A stretch of 62,269 nucleotides of DNA, filler included, from Kipferlia bialata (Eukaryota), in assembly GCA_003568945.1 (NCBI GenBank). It is 4 parts of 4 records of this genome, joined end to end, with 100 filler letters (N's around TTAATTAATTAA, not from the genome) between each part and the next. Parts side by side here need not be neighbours in the genome. Positions count along the whole stretch, not along the records: positions 1 to 19,560 come from BDIP01000414.1; positions 19,661 to 39,193 come from BDIP01000415.1; 2 more parts are not named here. The stretch is one strand, 5' to 3'. Shown here one piece after another: positions 13,395 through 24,196 of the stretch. Each line of letters starts with the position of its first letter. Positions within the stretch are counted from its first letter, which is position 1. Below the pieces are notes generated by a model. It made no database searches, was not told the DNA's origin, and worked only from the letters and a program-made list of their open reading frames with translations. A program made the position numbers and the translations under genes.

Positions 13395-14424
13395 TTGGCC
13401 TCTCTGTCCGATAATTCAGAGTGGTGGAGTCGCTGCTAGTTTCTAATAGATGGACTATAGTCTTGACACTCTGGTGAAAGAGGCATTTCCCTTGTTTGTT
13501 CAATTGATTGAATTGTACTCAATCCTGTAATGGTGTAATTTTCCACAGTAAAGCACTGCATTAACGACATGATCAGAAAACTATTTCATTGGCATTCGCT
13601 ATTGGTTGTCGTGGTCGGAAAACGATTATGCTACGGCTCAATAATCGTAATCGTAGCAGGAATATGTATTGCACCATAGTCTGTCACCATACACTATGGA
13701 CATCGTGATATATACTCTGGATATCACCGATCGTGAATCACCGTTGACTAGGTATACTCTCTAAAGAACCAGTGGTCAAGTCGTCAATGACGACTCGTCA
13801 TCGAGAACATGTGAAATGACAACGACGCGATGTATTAGTGGAGGACAAGATAGCTATGAGGTATACCATTCACCGACTGAGAATGCATAACGAAACTACA
13901 TATAGTTGTTGGACCGTGAGATGTTTCACGAAAATAGACAACGATAAGTGATGCCTGGTAGAGTCACAATATGGTTCTTGATATCGGAACCTATTGTAAC
14001 CTGAGGTGTAAAGAACCCAGCGTCCAATCATATACGTCACCATGAGCAATACTCAGGGCCGAAATTCACAGTGCCGCAGAAATGGTCGTGCATAGGATGT
14101 TATGGCATCGACTAGCAAGGTACACAGTCCAAGTTTGGTCAATGTCCTAGAGGAACCCTAGTCCAAGCTGGTTCATATATCAAAATAGAAAGCATATGGC
14201 AAATGTGCTCTATCACACTGTCAAAATCAACTGGAATATCAACTTCCCAGGGCTCCTGTTAGGATACGAACACTGACTAGTACATGTCTAATACAAGATG
14301 GAATGTGGTTGGAATGTTCTATTAGTCTTATGTTCGAACCATCAGACACGCTGAATACACCGCCAGTGTCTCAGTGTGACACTGAGTCAGTGTCTCAGTG
14401 TCTCAGTGTCTCGTTAGTCCTAGG

Positions 14425-17418
14425 CTAGTACTCATCTGTGTCACCTGACCCTAGGCTGAGGTTGAGGCTGACGTCCACTGCTGCCACGCCATACATGTCG
14501 TCTGAGTCGGTGTCAGACTGGGAGGGGGAGGGGGGGCCCTGGATGGGTGTGGGTGTGTGTGTGTTCTGCCCCATGCGTGCAGAGAGGGATGCCAGGGAGT
14601 GGGATGTCATCGCAGCGGACTGCACAGTCTCAGTCTCCTGGGACAGTATCCCTCGGGAGGCATCGATACTGGGGTCAGAAGAATGTAGGGCTTGAATATC
14701 ACCATGCAACAGTGTACCCCAAGGGCCTACCCACCCACATCCCTACCTGAACCCTAGACTGCCAGGCATGGGGGGAGAGGGGGTGGCCAGGGGCTGGAGG
14801 GTCTCGTCCTGAGTTAGTATCAGTATCAGTATTAGGAGAAATCGGTCTCAGTGGAACTATATATATGTGAGTACAGTCCAATATACGAGTCATTGACATC
14901 CAAAGAACACCGCACCTCCATCTTGAAGAGTGATGTCTGGATGGCCTCAGCTGGGGGATCGGCCTTGCCCTTGGGCTTGGCCCTGGCCCTGTCTCTCTCT
15001 CTCTTGCTACTCCCACTAGGCCTAGCTGGCACCTCCTTCTCTCTCTCTCTCTCCCTCTTTGGCGCCTCATCCTGTGGCACAGAGGGTGTCCTCTCTGGCA
15101 GCTCCCCCCCGAAGAAGTCTGACACCGATGTCTTGGCCTGCCTAGAGACAGATACGGTGGGTCTCTGGCCCTCCCTAGACCCCTCTGTGACAAAGGAAGA
15201 GGTGTCTGCCAGGGGCTCGTCAACCTCAGCAGACCGGACCTCGGCCTACACGTGAGACTGGGAAGGGCAGGAGGAGAATTAATTAGAGTACACCAGTCAT
15301 CATCCGCCCCCACCTTGGGTCTGACCATTGTGGCACTGGGGTAGGACACCTGGGCATCCCTGCCACTCCCGTACCCATGCCCCTCTGTGGAGTCAGTGGT
15401 CAGAGGCCATATGCCGCTGACCCCGTGGGTGCCCTCATCCAGCAGAGACCCCAGCAGGGCAGTGTCTACACCTGGGGTGAGAATGTGGGGTATATACACA
15501 GGTACATACATTACACTGCCCCCCACCTGCGTCGTCCAGCCCCTCTATGCCCCCTGGGGGCAGTCCGGCATGGGTGAGGTCGGAGAAGTCGAACCCCGGC
15601 CTTGGTTGGGCCAGCCTCCTCAGGGCCTCGAGGGCCCCTCCCCCTGTCTTCCTGCCGGCACTGACCCTCCTGGCCAGTACAGCTGACACCGCATGCCACA
15701 CCCGGGTCTCCCTCTCTGCATCCAGGGAGGCCATGCCCCGAAAGGCAGCACGGGCTCCGGCCTCATACCTGTGGGTCAGATGGGAGATACACTCCTATCA
15801 CATCATATGAAGACTGGCCATGCACCCCCCCACCTAGCATTGGCCACCTTGACTGCCCCCAGGGCTGTGTTATACTCCCCCTGGGTCTGGGCCAGATGCC
15901 CTGACCCCCTCTTCCGGTGTCTGCTGTGGGAGGCCTCGAGCTGGGGGGTCAGAGAGGAGATGGGTATCTGTATACACACGCACAATATAGGGATCAATTC
16001 CCTTCTGTCGAGTGGGTTAGTCGTAGATGTATATACCTTGCGATATGCCTTTCTGGCCTTGCCCGCCTCCTTGGTCTGGGGTGAGGTAGGGTATGGTGAG
16101 GTAGTGAAGTGGTTTAGAATATGAACAGATCATACACTGATACATACAGTACCGTGTACACTACTCACCTTGCTGGACAGGGTCTTGAGGAGCTCTGTCA
16201 CGTTGTCCCTGGGGGTGGGTACATATATAGAGTGTCATTTTCACACATATAGACAAACAAACACACAAATACATGGTAACACACCTGCATAGCTGCTGCC
16301 CTGCCTTGTACTCAGACAGGAATGCACAGAGACCAGGGAGAACAGTGTCAGTCAGCACACTGGGGGGTGAGAGACATAGTAATAGTAATAGGAGGAGGTG
16401 GACACAGTGTCATCACTGTCACCCTGTCATGTCTATCTGTAACTACACGTATTACTGCCTGTACCCCCACCTAGCCATCTCCCCTCTGGCCAGGGTATCT
16501 CCCAGGAGTGACTGCCGCAGCTCAGGCCAGGGGGTGTCGCTGAGGGAGATGTGGTCTGACTCAACCACAGAGTCAAGGGCACGCCTGGGGGTCAGGAGAG
16601 AGAGGAGGGACTCTTTGGTGTATTGACAATCTACCACTTTACCCCACCTTCCCTTAGTGGCGTATGTGTCCTCGATAGATGCTATCTGCTCAATGTACTG
16701 GATCAGCACCTGGGGTCAGACAGCAGAGATAGACTGATATAGATGGTTCTAGATAGACATACATATCCAGCATATATATCCACATCTTGATCTCTATCTT
16801 CTTTGGCACCTTACCGAAATAATATCTACTACACATTTACACATGCATATATATATATATATATATATACCCCCTTGAGCTCCTTCTTCTTCAGACACAC
16901 CTATATGTATAATATATCTATTCGTAATATATGTATCTATCTATCCATATATATATATATATATATATATACCCACCTTGAGCTCCTCCTTTGTTAGATC
17001 AGTCATACTTCTATGTATATATACATGGATATAAACACCTATCCGCACCTTGAGCTCCTTCTTCTCTGTTAGACATACTTCACTAATATAGACTAACTAT
17101 GTGTTGACATGGATATACCCCCACCTTGAGCTCCTTCTTCTTGCGTCTGAAGTAGTCCAGCACCAGGGTGGGGTGGGACAGGGCGGCATCCAGGACAGGT
17201 CTGCTCACAGGGGCAGCAGGCTGAGGTGAGGGATGTAGGGAGAGTATGGAGGGAAACACAAATGATGGAGGGAGTACAATATATATAGAGTGTGGCGAGT
17301 GGGTATATATGGTGACCACTACCTGCTGGGGACTGGGCTGGGGGGACCTGGCATCAGCCGGGTGGACAGAGGGCTTGCCCTTGATGGCCTTGCCTGAGGT
17401 GGGAGCTGAGAGAGAGAC

Positions 17419-17452
<34 letters not shown>

Positions 17453-17706
17453 ATTGTGGATAATAGACCCACCGCACCTCCTGCTATGTTGAAGTCATCG
17501 TCTATGCCGCCTGCTGATGCGGCACTCTGTCTGGATGCCTCTGGGATGGTGTCAATCTGGGGTGGGCATCAGCAGGTGAGGGACAGAGAGAGAGAGAGAG
17601 AGAGAGTGAGCGACTGGGTGCCCGAAAAATGTACATAGTGGACTCCCACCTGCTTGGCGTCATTGATGAGTCCGGCAAAGGGACTCAGTAATAGGTCGTC
17701 CCCCAT
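14425..17706 (-). CDS. F-BAR (FCH) domain-like protein with low-complexity C-terminal tail; multi-exon
   Basis: Spliced sequence LDYFRRKKKELK/VLIQYIEQIASIEDTYATKG resembles the FCH motif (el..f..era.iE..Ya). It is followed by helical exons LTDTVLPGLCAFL, KEAGKARKAYRK and QGEYNTALGAVKVANAR/YEAG. Stop at 14425-14427. The start may lie in a further exon near 17810. Confidence 0.65.
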
Positions 17707-17858
17707 CTCTCCTGACCTCCAAGAATGGCGGATGGAAAGAGACACTCACGCCCCGAGGATTATATTCACTCCATCCCTCCAGCTCACAAGGCAGAGGGCA
17801 TCAAACATCAGAGCTGACTAGAGAAGCTATCTCTCTGAAGGCCTATAAATAATAAGCA

Positions 17859-17889
17859 AGTTGCTTAAAGCAAGTTGCTTTAAGCAACT
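17859..17889. promoter_or_regulatory. Perfect 15-bp inverted repeat in the short intergenic region between divergent genes
   Basis: AGTTGCTTAAAGCAA-G-TTGCTTTAAGCAACT, overlapping a further AAGCAAGTTGCTT palindrome at 17854-17866; TATAAATA just upstream (~17844). Confidence 0.5.
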
Positions 17890-17986
17890 CTGAGGTGAAT
17901 GACTACACCCTTAGAGCCGTTTTTAGTTCCTCCTGAGTTTGACACAGTCTTTCGAGCAGTCACAAAAGAGAGCGACCTAGCTCGTA

Positions 17987-19257
17987 ATGGTTGACTACCA
18001 CAGTGTTCTGGAACGGATCAAGAAGTGTGAAAGGATCCCTGAGAAGGAACTGCGGAGTCTTCTTTGGAGTGTACGTGTATTCTTCTCTACGGTTTGTTAT
18101 AGTCTTCTCTCGCCATTCCTGACGCCAGGTACTGGAGCTGGTGTCCGAGGAGCCCAATGTGTTGAGTCTACAGGCTCCCATCAACATCTGCGGAGATATT
18201 CATGGGCAGTACTACGATCTGCGGTATCTCTTTGAGATTGCAGGACACATCCCAACACAGCGGTATCTGTTCCTGGGAGACTATGTGGACCGTGGATACT
18301 ACTCCATCGAGACAATCACATTCCTTCTGTGCCTCAAGGTGTGCTACCCAGACCACATCTACCTGCTGAGGGGCAACCACGAGTCCCGGTCCATCACACA
18401 GACATATGGGTTCTTCGATGAGTGTCTGCTCAAGTATGGACACTCTGGGCTATACAAGCTGTTCATGGACGTGTTCGACTATCTCCCCATCGCTGCCTGT
18501 GTGGACCAGCGGTACTACTGTGTCCACGGCGGTCTCTCTCCCTCTCTCCCCACCCTCGATGACGTGCACACTCTGATGCGTGCCTGTGAGATCCCCAGCG
18601 AGGGCCCCTTCTCGGACATGGTCTGGTCTGACCCCTCAGACATCCTGCAGCTCTGGCAGACCAGCAGTAGGGTACGTATAGGTGTCTTGGATAGTTAGTG
18701 GTCTAGATTCGATTGGCTTGCTGTCAGGATTCATCTGCAGTATATTCATTCTCCTTCCCCATACACCCCCTCACCACAGGGAGCCGGGTACATCTTTGGC
18801 AGGGAGGCCACCAAACGGTTCCTGCTTATCAATGATCTGGCCATGGTTGTGAGGTATGGGTGATAGGGATCAGTCATCCTCCAGTCTTTCATTCACATTC
18901 CTTACCCCAGGGCTCACCAGATAGCTGTGGCAGGCCATGACTGGAGGTTCGATGGCCTTCTGTGCACCATGTGGAGTGCCCCCAAGTACTGCTACAGGTG
19001 TGGAGGGGTGGGGTGTACATAGAGTGTATATACATACAGACCATACATAGATACTGAACTCTCTCTATGTACATGATTACCACATACCATCCCCCCCCAC
19101 CCCCAGGTCCAAGAACAGCGCGTCTGTGATGCACGTGAGACATGATGAGCAGCCCACCATGACCACCTTCGAGGCAGTGCCAGACGCAGACAGGGTGCTG
19201 CCCCCTCGGTCGTGGATAGTGGGCTATGGCTTCAACAGCCTCGGAGGCATCGACTGA
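17987..19257 (+). CDS. PPP6C: PPP-family Ser/Thr protein phosphatase catalytic subunit, PP6/Sit4-like
   Basis: Exons 17987-18070, 18129-18671, 18780-18852, 18911-18997, 19107-19257. Motifs GDIHG, GDYVDRG, RGNHE, HGG, WSDP, RGAGYIFG, RAHQ, SAPKYCYR. The C-terminal FEAVPDADRVLPPR resembles PP6 FRAVPDSERVIPPR. Confidence 0.9.
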
Positions 19258-19560
19258 TTGCATTGTTGTATGGGGCTCCATTGTTCCCCGTTCCTGTTTT
19301 GTGTGGCCTATACCGTAGGCTATTCGCTCTGTGGAGTGGATGTTTTGTACTTCTTGTGTTATTGGCGGTGTATCCTGTAACCGTTACCTGTGTTCCACTT
19401 TGTGTGGTGATATATGATATGTGTGTTCATTAGATGCCGAGGTGTCATTCATTCATTCGTGGGTTATTGCTTTGTGTGATTGTCTCTCCTTCTACCTTCT
19501 GCATACTACATGTCTGGCCGCTATGACGAGTACGCATCCAAGTGGACTCTCATGAAGGGT

Positions 19561-19660
19561 NNNNNNNNNNNNNNNNNNNNNNNNNNNNNNNNNNNNNNNN
19601 NNNNTTAATTAATTAANNNNNNNNNNNNNNNNNNNNNNNNNNNNNNNNNNNNNNNNNNNN
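19561..19660. other. Artificial scaffold linker (N44-TTAATTAATTAA-N44); same at 39194-39293 and 50958-51057
   Basis: An identical 100-nt construct with an all-frame stop 12-mer occurs three times. Confidence 0.97.
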
Positions 19661-19840
19661 GTCTTTTCCCCAGGCCCCCCCCCCCCCCCCCCCCCACACA
19701 CACCTTAGAGATACTGTAGTGTACATTGGTACATATACAAGTATTATAGTTCTCACTTCCAGAACACTAGCCTCCCCCTCCCCCGTCTACATATTAGTAT
19801 AGTATATTCGAAATATTGTATATACTCTTCTAACCCCTAG

Positions 19841-20515
19841 AACACTGGTCTCCCCCTCCCCCGTCTGGCTGGCACCCAGCACCGTGTATCCCACCAGCAC
19901 CAGATACACTCGGACAGTGACATGGACATGGACCAGGAGGGGGTGTACAGAGACAGGGTGGAGGAGGGGTATCAGGATGGGTACCACCCACATGCCACAG
20001 GGTATCAGGGGGAGAGAGAGGGGGGGACAGGGTTGGATGAGACCAGCGATGAGTTCTCACAGCTGGAGGTATGACACACACACACACTTTTTTATATATA
20101 TATATACATACATAGTGATAGTTGACTCTGACCCCTAGGTCTACAACCGTCAGCGCCACCTGCAGGCCCTGTCCCAACGTACCAACATGTACACCAACAC
20201 TGGCCCAGACCAGTATCAATATGAAGATGATATGGACATGGACGATGTAGATGATGGGTCCCAACACCCTGAGGTGGGTATATACAACATGTATACACTT
20301 ATCAATGAATATACGTGGACAATAGTCTTCGTCTTACCCCCCAGCACCCCGAGGTGCCCCCCCTGAGGCTAGGTGCCATGTACAGACAGGGAGAGGGAGA
20401 GACACCATATGGAGACAGGTCTCACAGTGAGGGCAGGGGGAGAGAGAGTCCCGTGATACCTAGACTCCAGAAGCTGGCCACAGAGAACCACCTCACACTT
20501 GACCTGACTGTCTAA
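19841..20515 (+). CDS. 3' exons of an acidic, low-complexity protein of unknown function
   Basis: Three in-frame exons (~19841-20068, ~20139-20273, 20345-20515) with canonical splice sites, ending ENHLTLDLTV-TAA. Confidence 0.65.
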
Positions 20516-21989
20516 AGGGTGCAGAGAGAGAGAGAGGGAGAGGGGGAGAGAGAGAGAGGTCCTCTCTGACATTTTTGAGTGGCGCAACTCCACTCCTATT
20601 TTGGGGTATACCCATCCATCCAACTAACCTTTACATTGCATCATTGTATCAGCGGTAAGGTTGGGTATCTATCCCTGTTTGATTGAATTAACTAATCTTG
20701 GGACGCACCCATATTCAGATGCGTCCCACTAGTTTCCCTTCCCTAGCTTCTATTGACTAACTCGCTGATTGATTCGCTGATCAATCTGTTGGTCCGTTGA
20801 TTTGTTGCTGGGGGTGTTTCTGTTATGTATAGGCGTCTGGGACTTATGTCCATCCTATATAGTGTTTACTGGTATTAAATGGTTTCGTGCAATGGTATGA
20901 TACCATTGGTATCTGTAGGGGTTCTCTTGTTGGTTCTGTTGCTGTCATCACTCTACCAGTCAGTACAACTCTGAACGCTGGTCTATCATTAGGCCTTGGG
21001 CAGAAAATAGCCCTATGTCAGGAGTCCACTATAGTATATGTCTACACACTGCTCTTGTCTTGATCCTTCTATCAAGACTCTTGACAAGAGTTCAAAGGTC
21101 GAATCAAACTATATTTAGTGACGATAGCTTGATCCCAAGCATCTGACCACTAACACTCAATGGGTCACTCTGTGAGGTGGTCTCATCCTTGGTATTCAGT
21201 AGAGCTGTAACAGAGGGTGGGTTGTGACCACAATGAGTCATTGACTGGCCATTGGTTCCATCGCTACCGGGGTCATGTTTCAACAACTGGTTCAACAAAT
21301 ACTCGCGTTCTCTCTCTGGTACATCTTCGATTGGCGGCATTGTCTGGCAGGCACCAGTGACAATGGTATTTAGTCCTTGAGTAAGGGGACTGAAGATGTG
21401 GACAGTATATCAAGAACCTATCATATAAAGGAGACTGAGAATCAGTGCCACTGACAATGTTACTTCAGACAAGCATACCTATTCTTTGAACAGTATGTCC
21501 GCCCATCCTGTCAAAGAACTCATGGCGCTTCATTGACAGTTTCTCATCTGTTGTAAGCAGGATTCAAGGTTTGAATCAAACATCTCCCGTTCATGCTGAC
21601 ACACAATTATCCTCTTTACAAATATATTATTAGGGAGAATAGACGAGCTATCATGGTCCATTCTTAACTCACAGCCTCAGGACCAGTGGTCTCAATAGCA
21701 ATGGCACAATAACTACACTCTGGTATGTATGTTCTGTAACTTATACCTAAAACGGAATCCTTGTGGAAGTGGATAATTCCCCCAATAACTCCAACCAGAA
21801 TAGAGCAGTAACTGAGGAGGCAACATCCTAAGGCAGCAACTAACAGGGGTCCATAGAACCTAAGAATCAGACACTTAGAGTAGCAGAACCATGCCATGCA
21901 AATATTACATCGAAATACCAAATGGTATTATACCATATCATCCAAACAAGTGTGTGAGTTGATTGAAAGATTCAATTTGAAACCATGTA

Positions 21990-23730
21990 AACCAGCATGA
22001 TGTAATCCACGCACATATGTGTACTCTTAGGTGCCTGCCAGTACTCGTGTTCCATCGATAAGGAGACCCAAATTAGAAGGAATTGAAGGATTGCCTGGAG
22101 TAAGACAATTTCCCACTTTATTGTATTCTCACCCTCAGCAACTAGTCCGAACTCTTGCCTTGGTAAGTCGACATTTGAACCCCAGTTACACTGTAGCACA
22201 CTATGCAAATTACACGCTCTCCCTTTGCTACAGTTACTTGGTATTACCAAGTTGGTATTACCAAGTTGGTAAGTGTATCTGTATGTAGATCCGTACCATA
22301 ATTGCATACACGGCACACGAAAGCAAGTTGAACGTCAGGTAGACCTAGCGGTAAAAATGTCCTAGATATAATGTATTAAATATGTCATACTATGTAGTAT
22401 GTGATTTTTGTAGCCAAACAGCTAATATACCATATAATACTAACAATGCAGCAATGAGTCATTACTAGTGACTCAACTATCAATGATGCAGAATATACTA
22501 ACCTGAGGCCGCGAATACCTCTCGTTATCTATATAGGTCCCTAGTATCTCCTGAACGAATAGGACGGTGGGTATGAGAGCAACGTTAAGACCTTTTATGA
22601 GAGCTGACTAGAGTTCATACTGCTGGCAGCAGTCTGCTGCTAGGCTTCAAGCAAAGAGTCTCCTGAAGAGAGGAATACTGTAGCTGGTAAAAGAATGAGA
22701 GGTCATCTGAAAGTCAGACTCAGAATCACAACCTGTGATTCACAACCCTACCTAGCATGATGAGCCAGCCCCAGTCCCAGGCACCTGCCGCAATCGTGTG
22801 CTCCCAGCTGGGGTATAAGGGAGAGAGAGAGAAAAGGGACCCAATACTATTGGCGTGAGATGGGGAGAATTGAGAGAGTAGAGTCGCAGGGGGTAATTTT
22901 GACTGTTGATAATAGGAGAGATGATCATACTGTAATAGTAGCGGTGTTAAAATGACTATGAGACTAAGATTCGTAACTAGGTTCAGCTATTACTAACACA
23001 ATTGCTTAGAGAGTACTATACGACTGAACCCACCCTAGCAACACTCCTACCAGTGCGCAGAGAGCACTAATCAGACAGCCATTGAATGCAGTAGTGAATG
23101 TAAGGTCTGGGGTCAGAGGTATGGTGCGTATACCATGGGTACCCAATCACCCATGGACTTTATGTGAGTTCCATAGACTATGTGACATAGAGGTTACAGG
23201 AAACCACTATGGAAAGGGTAAAGTATCAGTATCACTAGTAGTGTTCTGTTTACTGTCTGGGTACTCATACTGGTATTGACCATAATTGTATGTGTTTGAA
23301 ATTTCTTACCCTCCGTTGTAGGCCTGACACTAGAGGCTAGCACCAGTAGTGCAGCGGGTACCACGCATACTGCAAATACAGTCCAGAACCACCTGTTTGT
23401 GAAAAGATGATATTGTGAGTCACTATATCTACAGTACTTCACTATTGCGTGACATAGCATTGAAAGTACAAGTGAAGAGTTACACACTGATGACGAAGTG
23501 GTTCCTAAGTAGTAATGCGTCTTGGCAAGACTCTCGTCTTGAGAGTAAGACTCTTGCCGGCACCGTGCTACAGTCATTGTAGAGAGATATACTCACCAAG
23601 TTCCGAGCACATGTGAGAGCACTGTCATGAATATCTCGTTCTCGTCGCACAGGGTACCGACCCAGCCCAGCACACACTCACACACACCGCCTGTCAGAGT
23701 GCCATAGGAGCCACAATCGATATCAGTCAT
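21990..23730 (-). CDS. N-terminal EGF-like domain plus multi-pass membrane protein; possibly disrupted (pseudogene)
   Basis: ATG at 23730 gives MTDIDCGSYGTLTGGVCECVLGWVGTLCDENE (EGF C-x-C-x-x-G-W-x-G-x-x-C). It splices in phase to WWFWTVFAVCVVPAALLVLA. Later hydrophobic exons are FNGCLISALCALVGVLL, LIKGLNVALIPTVLFVQEILG, VYLTFNLLSCAVYAIM and AILQFLLIWVSL. The downstream exons could not all be joined without a stop or frameshift. Confidence 0.5.
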
Positions 23731-24196
23731 GGTAAGACAAATACACCTGTCAACAGTGCCAAATAGAGGCAAACCACCTCACTCAGTAGGTGATGTCAGG
23801 TAACGACCAACAGCTATCGAGTGGTTCTTTGGCGCTCCTAGTACCCCAGGAAGTAGTATAGGTGTGTGGAACTCCCGTGCTTTGGAAGGGTAGCTAGGGT
23901 ACGTTGCACAGTAGCAACAAAGAAAGATAGGGGCACTTGGGTGTTGATACAGTAGAGTGGGACACCATGGGTAGTGAACAGTTGAACTGTAGACTGTTCT
24001 CTCACGGTATACACAACTATTGTGACAAGCGTTCGTCCTCACTCAACAGTACCATTTCTCAACAGTATCATCAAAGTGCCTCAACAGCTAGAGTGTCATC
24101 ACACCAAAACAGTGATTGGTCTCTCTATACAGATACACTAGTAGAATCAGTGTAGCCTCACCTCTGCGTATCAGTAGTCACTGACTGAATAGCAGT

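Noticed and set aside
13400..14420. 1-kb intergenic stretch with small palindromes (ATGACGACTCGTCAT ~13787; CTCAGTGTGACACTGAG ~14370)
   Set aside because: No recognisable tRNA, snRNA, ORF or terminal repeats; short palindromes alone are insufficient.
19510..19560. Possible first exon MSGRYDEYASKWTLMK
   Set aside because: Too short and truncated by the linker to call.
19605..19616. Palindromic TTAATTAATTAA recurring three times
   Set aside because: It is always centred in 88 Ns: a synthetic scaffolding linker, not biological.
20699..20729. Hairpin TGGGACGCA...TGCGTCCCA
   Set aside because: A single 9-bp stem in a probable 3' UTR/intergenic region with no further support.
21104..21921. Minus-strand ORF pieces (hydrophobic LLVAALGCCLLSYCSILVGVIGG; MPPIEDVPERE...)
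   Set aside because: Could not be spliced into a consistent frame; may belong to the EGF-TM gene or a decayed gene.
22140..22620. Alternative genetic code (TAA/TAG=Gln as in hexamitid diplomonads) to explain in-frame stops
   Set aside because: Other genes here appear to end in TAG, TAA and TGA, and long exons contain no internal TAR codons.
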